Source of the DNA: Actinomycetota bacterium
GTDB taxonomy: Bacteria > Actinomycetota > Acidimicrobiia > Acidimicrobiales > Ilumatobacteraceae
Direction: 5' to 3'
Length of the DNA: 41,112 bases
NCBI GenBank assembly: GCA_043759015.1
Contig: JAYVMH010000257.1
Span: 1-41,112 of the forward strand
The translations under genes and the position numbers were made by a program. Position 1 is the first letter of the stretch, and each line of letters opens with the position of its first letter. The notes under the pieces are model-generated. The model had not been told where the DNA came from and searched no databases. It saw only the letters and a list, made by a program, of their open reading frames with translations. This document shows, piece by piece, positions 1-9,255 of the stretch.

Positions 1-639
1 GGTGTCCGCACCTTCGCTCGCTACCGTCCCGCGCAGGACCTGTTCGCACTCGGTGGGGATTGGTACGACGTGGTCGAGCTGCCGTCAGGTGCGCTCGTGC
101 TCGTCGTCGGCGACGTCGTGGGCGGCGGGCTGTCGGCCGGCGTCACGATGGCCCAGTTGCGCAGCGGCATGCGCGCCATCGCCCCCCGGCTCGCCCCGTG
201 CGAGATCCTCATGCAGATGGATGCCTTCGTCGACGCGGTCTCGGGCGGCTTCGGGGCGACGGCCGCCTGCTTGCGACTGGAGCCGGAGACGGGTCGGTTC
301 GACGTCGCGCTCGCAGGGCACCCGCCGCCGGTCATCCGTCGCTCGTCGGGGACGGCCGAGGTCTTCGGCGTGGCACCGGGACCGCCTCTGGGCGTACGTG
401 GCCCGCGCTCGGACACCTCAGGGACGCTCATGGCCGGCGACACCGTGCTGCTCTACACCGATGGTCTCGTCGAACGACGCGGCGAGCGGCTCGACAAGGG
501 CATCCTGCGCCTCACGCAGGCGTTCGAGGTCGCGGACCAGGAGCAGCCGTCATGGCCGGACGAGCTGATCGGCGACTGCCTCGCCGGCGGTGATCCGCAG
601 CGCGATGACATCGCCACGCTCGCCTGCCAGCGCGTCTGA
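1..639 (+). CDS. PP2C-family (SpoIIE-type) protein phosphatase domain, 5' end lies outside the window
   Basis: Frame 1 is open from base 1 (GVRTFARYRPAQDLFALGGDWYDVVELPSGALVLVVGDVVGGGLSAG...). The GGDWYD and VGDVxGxG motifs are typical of SpoIIE/PP2C phosphatases. The protein ends ...DDIATLACQRV with a stop at 637-639. Confidence 0.85.
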   Translation, partial: GVRTFARYRPAQDLFALGGDWYDVVELPSGALVLVVGDVVGGGLSAGVTMAQLRSGMRAIAPRLAPCEILMQMDAFVDAVSGGFGATAACLRLEPETGRFDVALAGHPPPVIRRSSGTAEVFGVAPGPPLGVRGPRSDTSGTLMAGDTVLLYTDGLVERRGERLDKGILRLTQAFEVADQEQPSWPDELIGDCLAGGDPQRDDIATLACQRV

Positions 640-650
640 ACTCGGCCGGG

Positions 651-985
651 GTGGGCGACGGCCGCGGTTTGGAAGGCGGGAGCGGGGTGGCCGAAGCCGG
701 ACAGGATGGCGTCGCGGTGCCCGACGACGTCATCGCCCACCTCGGCGCAGGCAAGCGCCCTCCGGTCGTCGTGATCGTGAACGGCCACGAGTTCCGCTCG
801 ACGTGCCCGCCGATCTGCGGGCGGCACTCGACGCCGTGCCCGGCACATCGGCGTTCTTCGCCAAGCTGTCCAACAGTCTGCAGCGCTACCACGTCGACAA
901 CGTCAACGGGGCGAAGTCGAGCGACACGCGGGCCCGTCGCATCGAGAAGACCGTGGCCCTGTTCCTGGCCGGCAAGCAGCGGTAG
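651..985 (+). pseudogene. DUF1905/YdeI-family protein disrupted by an internal out-of-frame deletion
   Basis: The N-terminal DUF1905-like part (VAVPDDVIAHLGAGKRPPVVVIVNGHEFRS) reads in frame 3 up to about 800. The YdeI-type C-terminus (LDVPADLRAALDAVPGTSAFFAKLSNSLQRYHVDNVNGAKSSDTRARRIEKTVALFLAGKQR) reads in frame 2 from about 797 to the stop at 985. About 40-45 residues normally found between the two parts are absent. Confidence 0.6.
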
Positions 986-986
986 C

Positions 987-1010
987 GCACCCCGCCATCG
1001 GGTGGGGTGC
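987..1010. terminator. GC-rich hairpin between convergent genes (probable bidirectional intrinsic terminator)
   Basis: gcaccccgcc-atcg-ggtggggtgc forms a 10-bp stem (one G-U pair) with a 4-nt loop. It sits between the YdeI-like stop (985) and the thiolase stop (1024). Confidence 0.5.
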
Positions 1011-1023
1011 CATGTCGCGAGGG

Positions 1024-2271
1024 TCAGACGCGCTCGATGATGATGGCAGGGGCCATGCCGCCGGCGGCGCACATGGTGACCAGGCCGTAGCGGCCGCCGG
1101 TGCGCTCGAGCTCGTCGAGCACGGTGCCGATGAGCATGGCGCCGGTCGCGGCGATGGGATGGCCGAGGGCCATGGCGCCACCGTTCACGTTCACCTTGTC
1201 GCGATCGAGCCCGAGGTCGCGGATGAACTTCTCGGCGACCACCGAGAACGCCTCGTTGATCTCGAACAGGTCGATGTCGTCGATCGTGAGGCCGGCGCGG
1301 TTGAGCGCCTTCTTGGCCGCCGGCACCGGTGCGTTGAGCATCAGGGTGGGATCGTCGCCCATGTTGACGGCGGCGACGATGCGCGCCCGCGGCGTCCACC
1401 CGTTGGCTTTGGCCGCCTCGGGGCTGGCCAGCAGGATCGCCGCCGCGCCGTCGACGACGCCGGAGCTGTTGCCGGCGTGGTGCACGAACTCGATGTCGAG
1501 GTCCGGGTAGCGGGCCAGCACCAACGAACGCAGCGTCGTGCCCTGGTCGTCGAGCGGCACGTCGGCCATTGCCTTGAACGAGGGCGCCAGTTGGGCCAGG
1601 CCCTCGCGCGTCGTGTTCGGCCGCGGGAACTCCTCACGGTCGAGCGCCAGTGTTCCGTCCTCCCTGTAGACCGGTACGAGGCTGCGATCGAAGCGGCCCT
1701 CGCTGATGGCACGGGCGGCGCGCTGCTGCGACACCAGCGCAAGGTCGTCGAGTGCCTCGCGCGGGATGCCCTGGAGCGTGGCGATGGCGTCGGCGGCCAC
1801 GCCCTGATGGGTCTGGGGGTGGCGGGCCCGGAGGCGCTCGTTGCCGGCGTCCATGAGGGGGCCGCGCACGCCCATCTGGGCGACGCCGAGGGCCGGGTGC
1901 AGCGACATCATCTCGCAGCCGCCCGAGATCACGATGTCTTCCAGGCCGGCCATGATCGAGGCGGCGCCGAGGTTCGTGGTGGTGATGCCCGAGCCGCAGA
2001 AGCGGTCGAGGGTGACGCCGGAGGCCTGGGTGTCGAAGCCGGCGTCGAGCAGGGCCATGCGGGCAAGGTCGCCGCCCTGGGTGCCGACCTGCATGCTGGT
2101 GCCGAAGATGACGTCGTCGACCTTGGCGGTGTCGACGTCGTTGCGGTCACGGATGGCGGCGAGCACCGTGGCCCCCAGCTGCTGCGGGTGGATGTCGGCC
2201 AGGGCCCCCTTGCCCACTTTACCGATGCCGCGCGGTGTGCGGCACGCGTCGATGATCCAGGCCTCGCTCAT
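1024..2271 (-). CDS. acetyl-CoA C-acyltransferase (thiolase)
   Basis: 415-aa ORF starting MSEAWIIDACRTPRGIGKVGKGAL. Thiolase signatures are present: LDRFCGSGITT (nucleophile Cys), NVNGGAMALGHPIAATG and GLVTMCAAGGMAPAIIIE. Confidence 0.95.
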   Translation of the reverse strand: MSEAWIIDACRTPRGIGKVGKGALADIHPQQLGATVLAAIRDRNDVDTAKVDDVIFGTSMQVGTQGGDLARMALLDAGFDTQASGVTLDRFCGSGITTTNLGAASIMAGLEDIVISGGCEMMSLHPALGVAQMGVRGPLMDAGNERLRARHPQTHQGVAADAIATLQGIPREALDDLALVSQQRAARAISEGRFDRSLVPVYREDGTLALDREEFPRPNTTREGLAQLAPSFKAMADVPLDDQGTTLRSLVLARYPDLDIEFVHHAGNSSGVVDGAAAILLASPEAAKANGWTPRARIVAAVNMGDDPTLMLNAPVPAAKKALNRAGLTIDDIDLFEINEAFSVVAEKFIRDLGLDRDKVNVNGGAMALGHPIAATGAMLIGTVLDELERTGGRYGLVTMCAAGGMAPAIIIERV

Positions 2272-2408
2272 GAAGGGTCCCTTTGCTCTCGTGGTCGGCG
2301 GTGACTCTAGCGATCGCCACTTTCGTGACGAAGCTGCGGTGCGTGTCTCGACCGGGGCCGGCGTCGTCGTGGAGTAGCGTGACGCCGGGACCGTCGATCA
2401 GGGGTTCG

Positions 2409-4787
2409 ATGATGTTGTCGCCGTATCGCGTGCTCGACCTGTGCGATGACCGCGGGCATCTGGCTGGCCACGTCCTCGCCCACCTCGGCGCCGACGTCAT
2501 CGCGGTGGAACCACCTGGTGGTCAGCGATCCCGACATGAGGGGCCATTCGCGGGCGATCGCGTCGATCCCGAGATGTCACTGCAGCACTGGGCGTTCAAC
2601 CGGGGCAAGCGCTCGGTCATCGTCGAGGGCTCTCACGAGCTGTCCCCGCTTCTCGCGGGGGCCGACGTGCTCCTCGAGTGCGCCGCCTTCGCGATCGACG
2701 TCGACGAGATCGCCCGCCACCATCCCACGCTCGTGATCGCGACGATCACGCCGTTCGGGCGCGACGGTCCGAAGGCGGCGTGGCGCGCAACCGACCTGAC
2801 GATCGCCGCCGCGAGTGGCCATGCTGCGATCAACGGCGATCGCGATCGACCTCCGGTACGCATGTCGAACAGGCAGTCCTGGTTGAACGCGTCGCTTGAT
2901 GCGGCCCTCGCGTGTCTCGTTGCGCTGCACGAGCGCGCACGGTCCGGGCTCGGCCAGATCATCGACGTGTCGGCGCAGCAGTCGATGATGGTTTGCACGC
3001 AGTTCCAGATGATGCACGCGCTCGTCGACAGTCCCGAGATCCGACGGATTGCCGGTGGAGTGGAACTGGGACCGTTCGAGGTTCAGTACGTGCACGCATG
3101 TCTCGACGGTCAGGTCACCGTGACCTTCTTGTTCGGTCAGATGATCGGCCCGTTCACCACTCGCCTGTTCCAGTGGATGTTCGAGGAAGGTGCCTGCGAC
3201 GAGTCCCTCGCTGCCAAGGACTGGATCGGGTTCTTCGCCCGAGTCGCCGACGGCACGGAGCCCGCGTCGGAGCTGGCGCGGGGCACCGACGCGATCCGCC
3301 GGTTCGTGGCGACGAAGACGAAGGCCGAGCTGCTCGGGGCTGCGCTGCATCGCAGCCTGCTGATCGCACCCGTGACGACCACGACCGACGTGCTCGCCCT
3401 CGACCAGCTCGAGGCACGCTCCTACTGGCAGGACGTCGATGGCATTCGGTTCCCGGGAGCGATGGCCAAGTTGTCGGCGTCGCCGCTGCGCGCGCTCGGA
3501 ACCCCACCACGCAGCGGTGAGCACACCGCGGCGGTCTTCGCAGAGCCACGACGACCAGCCCGTGACGTCGCCATCGAGCGGGTGGTGCCGGACCTGCCAT
3601 TGTCTGGCCTCAAGGTGCTCGACTTCATGTGGGCGTTCGCCGGCCCCTACGTGACCCGCGTTCTCGCCGACTACGGCGCGACCGTCGTGAAGATCGAGAC
3701 TGCGCTCAAGTCCGATGTCATGCGCAACGTGACGCCCTTCATCGACGCGTCGCGCGGTTCCGAGTCGGCGCTGCAGTACCACTCGTTGAACGCCGGCAAG
3801 CTCGGGCTCGCGTTGAACCTCAACACGCCCGAGGCACGCGACGTCGTGCGCGATCTGACCAGTTGGGCCGATGTGGTCACGGAGTCCTTCTCGCCGAAGG
3901 CGATGCGCAACTGGGGGCTCGGCTACGACCAGCTCAGTGCCGTCAACCCCGGACTGATCATGCTGTCGAGTTGTCTGATGGGACAAACCGGGCCCCTCCA
4001 CCGCTATGCAGGGTTCGGGACCATGGCCGCGGCGGTGGCAGGGTTCTACCCAGTGGTCGGGTGGCCCGATCGGTCGCCGTGTGGACCGTTCACGGCCTAC
4101 ACGGACTACACGTCGCCCCGGCTCGCCGCGGCCGTGCTTCTCGCCGCGATCGACTGGCGCAGGCGCACGGGCCGGGGCCAGTACATCGACTTCTCGCAGT
4201 TGGAAGCCTGCCTGCACCTCCTTGCGCCCGAACTGCTCGACGACGCGGTCAACGGGCGGGTTGCCGGCAGATGCGGCAACCACGATCGCTCCTGCGCGCC
4301 GCACGCGATCTATGCGACCGACGGCCACGACTGCTGGATCGCCATCGCGGTCGAAACCGACGCACAGTGGCACGCGCTGTGTGCGCTCGCCGGCTGGCCG
4401 GCGCTCGCTCGGCTTCGCACCGTCGACCGTCTGGGCCGCCGGGAGGAGCTGGACTCGCTGCTCGCTGGCTGGGCGTCGGGTCAGGACGCGACCGAGCTCC
4501 AAACCGAGCTGCAAGCCATCGGCGTTCCGGCGCACCGCGTGCAGAACTCCAGGCACTGCGTCGAGGACCCCCAGCTCGCCCACCGTGGCCACTTCCTGCA
4601 GGTTCCCCACCCGCTGTGCGGTACCACCTGGATCGAAGCGAGTCCGTTCCGGCTCTCCCGAACACCCGCCCACGCGGCCTGGGGCGGGCCGATGCTCAAT
4701 CAACACCTCCACGAGGTCCTCACCGACATCCTCGGCTACGACGACGAGCGGATCACCGAGCTCATCGTCGCCGGAGCGCTGGAGTAG
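2409..4787 (+). CDS. family III CoA-transferase (CaiB/BaiF-type), tandem two-module fusion
   Basis: Module 1 begins MMLSPYRVLDLCDDRGHLAGHVLAHLGADVIAVEPPGG. Module 2 begins around residue 400 with LSGLKVLDFMWAFAGPYVTRVLADYGATVVKIE. I chose ATG 2409 because the longer 2283 start adds non-homologous sequence abutting the divergent thiolase start. Confidence 0.9.
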   Translation: MMLSPYRVLDLCDDRGHLAGHVLAHLGADVIAVEPPGGQRSRHEGPFAGDRVDPEMSLQHWAFNRGKRSVIVEGSHELSPLLAGADVLLECAAFAIDVDEIARHHPTLVIATITPFGRDGPKAAWRATDLTIAAASGHAAINGDRDRPPVRMSNRQSWLNASLDAALACLVALHERARSGLGQIIDVSAQQSMMVCTQFQMMHALVDSPEIRRIAGGVELGPFEVQYVHACLDGQVTVTFLFGQMIGPFTTRLFQWMFEEGACDESLAAKDWIGFFARVADGTEPASELARGTDAIRRFVATKTKAELLGAALHRSLLIAPVTTTTDVLALDQLEARSYWQDVDGIRFPGAMAKLSASPLRALGTPPRSGEHTAAVFAEPRRPARDVAIERVVPDLPLSGLKVLDFMWAFAGPYVTRVLADYGATVVKIETALKSDVMRNVTPFIDASRGSESALQYHSLNAGKLGLALNLNTPEARDVVRDLTSWADVVTESFSPKAMRNWGLGYDQLSAVNPGLIMLSSCLMGQTGPLHRYAGFGTMAAAVAGFYPVVGWPDRSPCGPFTAYTDYTSPRLAAAVLLAAIDWRRRTGRGQYIDFSQLEACLHLLAPELLDDAVNGRVAGRCGNHDRSCAPHAIYATDGHDCWIAIAVETDAQWHALCALAGWPALARLRTVDRLGRREELDSLLAGWASGQDATELQTELQAIGVPAHRVQNSRHCVEDPQLAHRGHFLQVPHPLCGTTWIEASPFRLSRTPAHAAWGGPMLNQHLHEVLTDILGYDDERITELIVAGALE

Positions 4788-4958
4788 CAGCCCGATGCGT
4801 CGCTTCTCGGGACGCAGCGTCGCCCGGCGACCTCCTGGCGCGGAGTCTGGTCGCGAGGCAGCAGCGGGGGGGTCTGGTACGTTCCCTCACCGGTGCCGGC
4901 CCGGGGTGGTGCCGGCCACGGGGGTGGCGCCGAGCGTGGCGTCCTGGGGAGGAGCACG

Positions 4959-6287
4959 ATGGACTGGCGCAGTCGTCTGGGCACCAAGCTCGTGGAGCTC
5001 GACGCCGCGGTCGCCGGCATCCGCTCGCGAGCGGTCGTCAACGTCGCGCCGTACAGCTGCACGCCGGTCATGCTCTGTGAGGCGCTCAAGGCGCACGGCG
5101 CCCGCGCCGGGCTCACCGAGGTGCGCATCGAGCACCTCGCCGCCTTCGTGTCGTGGACCGACAGCGAGGAGGTGCGGTCGACGTTCCGGCTGTTCGACAA
5201 CTACGCCACGCCGCCGAACCGGTCAGCCGTGCACGCCGGGCAGACCGACTACCTGCCGATCGGGCTGTGGCGCAGCCACGAGGTGCCCTACGGCCTCACC
5301 GCCGAGCCCGACGTGTTCCTCGTGCCCGTCTCGCCGCCCGATGCCCACGGCTACTGCAGCTTCGGCCCGGGGGTCTGGCTCTCGAAGACGGTGGCCCGGT
5401 CGGCCAAGTGCGTCATCGCCGAGGTGCACGAGGACTTCATCCGCACCGGTGGTGAGAACTACATCCACGTCGACGAGATCGACCTGTTCGTCGAGTGGCA
5501 CCCGTCGCCGCCCGGCCCGGCCGCGCCGCAGCCGTCGGTCGAGGAGCGCGAGCAGGTCGACGCGATCTGCACCCAGGTCGCGGTCGAGCTCATCAACGAC
5601 GGCGACACCATCCAGATCGGCGTCGGCACCGTGTCGGCGGCGCTCGGTCAGTTCCTGGACGTCCGCAACGACCTCGGCGTGCAGACCGAGTTGCTCACCG
5701 GCGGCATCGCCGAGCTCGCGGTGCGCGGGGTCATCACCGGCGCCCGCAAGACGATCCATCGGGGCAAGGTCGTCGCCAGCGCGATCGCCGCGCTCTCGAA
5801 GGAGGAGCTCGAGCTGGTCAACGGGAACCCGATGTTCGAGCTCTACGACTTCGGCTACACCGACGATCTGCGCCGGCTCATCCATCTCGACCCCTTCGTC
5901 GCCGTGAACAACGCCTTGGCCGTCGACCTGACCGGGCAGGTCGCGGCCGAGTCGTTCGACCATCGCCCGTACACCGGTGTGGGCGGGCAGACCGTCTTCA
6001 TGCTCGCCGGCGCGTACTCGCCGAACGGCAAGTCGATCTCGGTGCTGCCGTCGAGCACGGTGCCGAGCGGCGGTGGCGCCCGGATCAGCAGGATCGTGCC
6101 GGTGCTGCCGCCAGGGACACCGGTGACCGTGCCGCGCACCTACGTCGACTTCGTCGTCACCGAGTTCGGGATCGCCGAGCTGCGCGGTCGGACCATAGGC
6201 CAGCGGGTGCACGCCCTCTGCGACATCGCCCACCCCGACTTCCGCGACGACCTGCTGGAGCAGGGGCGCGGGCTGTACGGGGTGTGA
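4959..6287 (+). CDS. acetyl-CoA hydrolase/transferase family protein (4-hydroxybutyrate/succinyl CoA-transferase-like)
   Basis: ATG 4959 is preceded by GGGAGGAG. The protein starts MDWRSRLGTKLVELDAAVAGI and carries the family motif YTGVGGQTVFMLGA plus C-terminal FVVTEFGIAELRGRT. Confidence 0.9.
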   Translation: MDWRSRLGTKLVELDAAVAGIRSRAVVNVAPYSCTPVMLCEALKAHGARAGLTEVRIEHLAAFVSWTDSEEVRSTFRLFDNYATPPNRSAVHAGQTDYLPIGLWRSHEVPYGLTAEPDVFLVPVSPPDAHGYCSFGPGVWLSKTVARSAKCVIAEVHEDFIRTGGENYIHVDEIDLFVEWHPSPPGPAAPQPSVEEREQVDAICTQVAVELINDGDTIQIGVGTVSAALGQFLDVRNDLGVQTELLTGGIAELAVRGVITGARKTIHRGKVVASAIAALSKEELELVNGNPMFELYDFGYTDDLRRLIHLDPFVAVNNALAVDLTGQVAAESFDHRPYTGVGGQTVFMLAGAYSPNGKSISVLPSSTVPSGGGARISRIVPVLPPGTPVTVPRTYVDFVVTEFGIAELRGRTIGQRVHALCDIAHPDFRDDLLEQGRGLYGV

Positions 6288-6324
6288 GCCAGGTCGGTTC
6301 AGGCGCGGGCGCACCGGCGCCGGC

Positions 6325-7263
6325 TCAGACCGGCACCGTCGCCGGGTCGTAGTCGAGCAGGCCGTACCCGGCCGCGCCCTTGTTGGGGATGGTCGGGTCC
6401 TGGAGGGCGCGCCCTTCCTCCAGCAACCAGCGCGCCACGTTGTTGCCCCGCTCCCGGCGGGCCGCCTCGTAGCGCCCGAACGCGTCCGGCACGGTCCCCG
6501 CCGCGGTGAGCGAGCGGGCCAGCACCACGGCGTCCTCCACGGCCATCGCCGCCCGCTGGCCGAGGAACGGCGTCATCGGGTGGGCGGCGTCACCGAGCAT
6601 CGCCACGCGGCCGATCGTCCACCGGGCCAACGGTGCCCGGTCGGAGAGGCCCCACTTGAACAGCGCGCCGTCGGGGACGGCGCGGATCAGATCGAGCAGG
6701 TGCGGTGCGAAGTCGGCGTAGGCGTCGAGGAACTGGTCGCTGGTGGCCGGGATCGACCATCCCTCCTCCTCCCAGGTATCGGTGCGCCCGCAGCCGATCA
6801 GGTTCATCAACTGCCCGCCGCGCAGCGGGTAGTGGAGCAGGTAGCGGTCGGGACCCCGGTGCATCGCTAGCTCGCGCCGGCGCACGATGTCGGGCACCAG
6901 TGCGTCGGGTAGGACCGCCCGGAACGCCACCTGCCCGTTGAAGCGCGCCGGTTCGCCGGGGAACACGAACGAGCGCACGGCCGACCCGTTGCCGTCAGCG
7001 CCCACCACCACGCCGGCGCGGTCGGTCACCCCGTTGGCGAACCGCACGCTGACCCCGTCGGCGTCCTGCTCCAGGGCCGTGAACTCGTGCGCCGCGTGCA
7101 CCGCGTGCGGGTCGTTGCCGCGCACGGCCGCCAGCAGGACGCTGTGCACATCGGCGCGGTGCACGGCCAGCGACGGCAGCCCGAAGCGGGCGGCGATCGA
7201 CTCGTTCGGCACGGCCGACAGGATCTCGCCGGTCGCGTAGTCACAGGCGTGCAGGATGGTCAT
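6325..7263 (-). CDS. FAD-dependent monooxygenase (salicylate/3-hydroxybenzoate hydroxylase-like) lacking the N-terminal FAD fingerprint; probable pseudogene
   Basis: Homology-like sequence runs from MTILHACDYATGEIL...HRADVHSVLLAAV...GADGNGSAVR...MLGDAAHPMTPFLGQRAAMAVEDA to the stop at 6325. The longer 421-aa ORF (to 7590) has a Pro/Ser/Arg-rich N-terminus with no GxGxxG Rossmann motif. Only degenerate, frame-shifted echoes of it appear in 7264-7500 (VITDAGDH, DLDAGHT). Confidence 0.6.
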   Translation of the reverse strand: MTILHACDYATGEILSAVPNESIAARFGLPSLAVHRADVHSVLLAAVRGNDPHAVHAAHEFTALEQDADGVSVRFANGVTDRAGVVVGADGNGSAVRSFVFPGEPARFNGQVAFRAVLPDALVPDIVRRRELAMHRGPDRYLLHYPLRGGQLMNLIGCGRTDTWEEEGWSIPATSDQFLDAYADFAPHLLDLIRAVPDGALFKWGLSDRAPLARWTIGRVAMLGDAAHPMTPFLGQRAAMAVEDAVVLARSLTAAGTVPDAFGRYEAARRERGNNVARWLLEEGRALQDPTIPNKGAAGYGLLDYDPATVPV

Positions 7264-7549
7264 GCAGCTCGACACGTCGGGACTGGCCAAGTCACAGTTG
7301 CGGGCCAGGATGGGCGAGCTGCTCACACGTGTGCCCGGCATCGAGGTCGGCGAGCCCGAGTTCGCCGCGGGGAACTTCATCCGGGTCGTGACCTGACTCC
7401 GGTGCACGTCCCCTGATCCGGGGTCGCCGCTCCGGTGGTGGCTCACACCGGTCGGCGCAGTGGTCGCCGGCGTCGGTGATGACCCAGGCGGGCACGGCCG
7501 TCCAGAGTTCGGCCCGCGGTCCCGGGTCGTGGCCCGTGTCGAGTGATCG

Positions 7550-7954
7550 TCAGCTCGGACCGGGTTCCACGACCGCGATGTGGTTGCCATCGGGGTCCCG
7601 CATCATGAACAGCAGCGGCGCACCCGGCGTCTGCATCGGCTCGGGATCCAGATCGATGCCGCCGATGGCGCTGAGCCGGCGATGCTCGCCGAGCACGTCC
7701 GGCGTCTCCACGCCGATCCCGCTCCCGCCCGGTGCGCCACCCATAGGAGGGTTGAGGGCCAACCGTGCGTGCGACCCGGGCGGGGCGACCTCGACCCAAC
7801 GGTGCTCGCCGTTCTCGCCGAAGCGGGTGTCGGAGCGCACTTCGAAGCCGAGCTTCTGGGTGTAGAAGGCGAGCGCGGCGTCCTGGTCGGCGACCGTGAA
7901 CATGGCGACACCGATGTCGGCCATGGTCGTCTTCGTGAGCTTGTCGTCAGTCAT
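7550..7954 (-). CDS. VOC-family (glyoxalase/bleomycin-resistance/dioxygenase fold) protein
   Basis: 134-aa ORF: MTDDKLTKTTMADIGVAMFTVADQDAALAFYTQKLGFEVRSDTRFGENGEHRWVEV...FMMRDPDGNHIAVVE. This is the typical VOC pattern. Confidence 0.9.
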   Translation of the reverse strand: MTDDKLTKTTMADIGVAMFTVADQDAALAFYTQKLGFEVRSDTRFGENGEHRWVEVAPPGSHARLALNPPMGGAPGGSGIGVETPDVLGEHRRLSAIGGIDLDPEPMQTPGAPLLFMMRDPDGNHIAVVEPGPS

Positions 7955-8153
7955 GGATGTACAGACCGGGTGGGCCGCCGGAACTCATCGGTTCCGCCGA
8001 AGGTCGGTGTGGGCCGGGTCCAGCGCGGTTGCGCGTGAGTCGTTGGTCCCGTTCGTCGCCTACGGTCGGCCGACGTGCGGTGGGCCGAAGAGCCCACGTC
8101 GCCCGGGGATGCAATCGACACCGCGGCTCGGCGCCGCCAGGGAAGGAACGCAG

Positions 8154-9128
8154 ATGAGGTATCGGCGACTGGGGCGTACCGCCCTGCAGGTGAGTGAGCT
8201 CTGCCTGGGCACGATGAACTTCGGGCCGGAAACCCCCGAGCCCGAATCGGGTCAGATCATGGACCGAGCGCTCGAGCTCGGCATCAACTTCTTCGACACG
8301 GCGAACCGCTACGGCGGCAGCCAAGGGTACGGCGCCACCGAGGAGATCGTGGGGCGCTGGTTCGCCCAGGGCGGCGGGAGGCGCGAGAAGGTCGTGCTGG
8401 CCACCAAGGCCTACGGGGCGATGAGCGACTGGCCCAACGACGGCCGCCTGTCGGCGCGCCACATCCGAGCTGCGTGCGACGCCAGCCTGCGTCGCATGCA
8501 GACCGACCACATCGATCTGTACCAGATGCACCACGTCGACCGCACCGCCCCGTGGGACGAGATCTGGCCGGCGATGGAGACCCTTGTGAACCAGGGCAAG
8601 ATCATCTACGTCGGCAGTAGCAACTTCGCCGGCTGGCACATCACCCAGGCCAACGAGACGGCCCGCCAGCGCGGCTTCCTGGGCCTCGTGAGCGAGCAGA
8701 GCCACTACAACCTGGCGGTGCGCACCGTGGAGCTCGAAGTCCTCCCGGCGTGTCGTCACTACGGCGTCGGGGTCATTCCGTGGAGCCCGCTGTCGGGTGG
8801 CATCCTCGGCGGTGTCCTCGGCGACGAGGCGACGGCTCGCCGCCGCTCACCGCAGGCGCTGCGCCGCATCGAGAAGCTCCGTCCAAAGCTGGAGCGATGG
8901 GAGGCGCTGTGCGCCGAGCTCGGCGAGCCGCCCGCCGCAGTGGCGCTGGCATGGCTGCTGCACCAGGACGGCGTCACGTGCCCCATCATCGGACCGCGCA
9001 CCATGGACCAGTTCGACGGCGCCTCGCTGCGGGCGCTCGATGTCGAGCTGAGCGCCGACGTGCTGACCCGCATCGACGCCATCTTCCCGGGTCCCGGTGG
9101 CCCCGCCCCCGAGGCGTACTCCTGGTAG
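8154..9128 (+). CDS. aldo/keto reductase
   Basis: ATG 8154 follows GGAAGGA. The protein starts MRYRRLGRTALQVSELCLGTMNFG and contains FFDTANRYG, LRRMQTDHIDLYQMHHVD and GVIPWSPLSGG. Confidence 0.92.
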   Translation: MRYRRLGRTALQVSELCLGTMNFGPETPEPESGQIMDRALELGINFFDTANRYGGSQGYGATEEIVGRWFAQGGGRREKVVLATKAYGAMSDWPNDGRLSARHIRAACDASLRRMQTDHIDLYQMHHVDRTAPWDEIWPAMETLVNQGKIIYVGSSNFAGWHITQANETARQRGFLGLVSEQSHYNLAVRTVELEVLPACRHYGVGVIPWSPLSGGILGGVLGDEATARRRSPQALRRIEKLRPKLERWEALCAELGEPPAAVALAWLLHQDGVTCPIIGPRTMDQFDGASLRALDVELSADVLTRIDAIFPGPGGPAPEAYSW

Positions 9129-9223
9129 CCGAGCCGACCGCGGCGTCTCCACTTCGCCGCCACACCCCGCCGCCATCGACCAATCGATCCGACGGGTGAC
9201 GTCACCGGGTCCTGACGCTCGAT

Positions 9224-9255
9224 GCCCCCGGTGGTCGCGCCGACGCACCGGGGGC
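9224..9255. terminator. perfect 10-bp-stem hairpin between convergent genes
   Basis: gcccccggtg-(12 nt)-caccgggggc lies between the AKR stop (9128) and the nitroreductase stop (9255). Confidence 0.5.

Noticed and set aside
2577-4712. Very long antisense ORFs: 2577-4712 (711 aa), 13789-15270 (493 aa), 25306-26946 (546 aa), 29468-31153 (561 aa) and 37120-38511 (463 aa), all on the minus strand.
   Set aside because: Each lies opposite a gene with clear family motifs. Their products are Arg/Gly/Pro/Asp-rich with no recognisable domains. This is the usual stop-codon-poor antisense frame of high-GC DNA.
6288-6324. A possible terminator hairpin between the convergent CoA-transferase and monooxygenase genes (ggcgc...gcgcc, ccggcgccgg).
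   Set aside because: Only 5-bp arms or a self-complementary 10-mer could be drawn. That is too weak to call.
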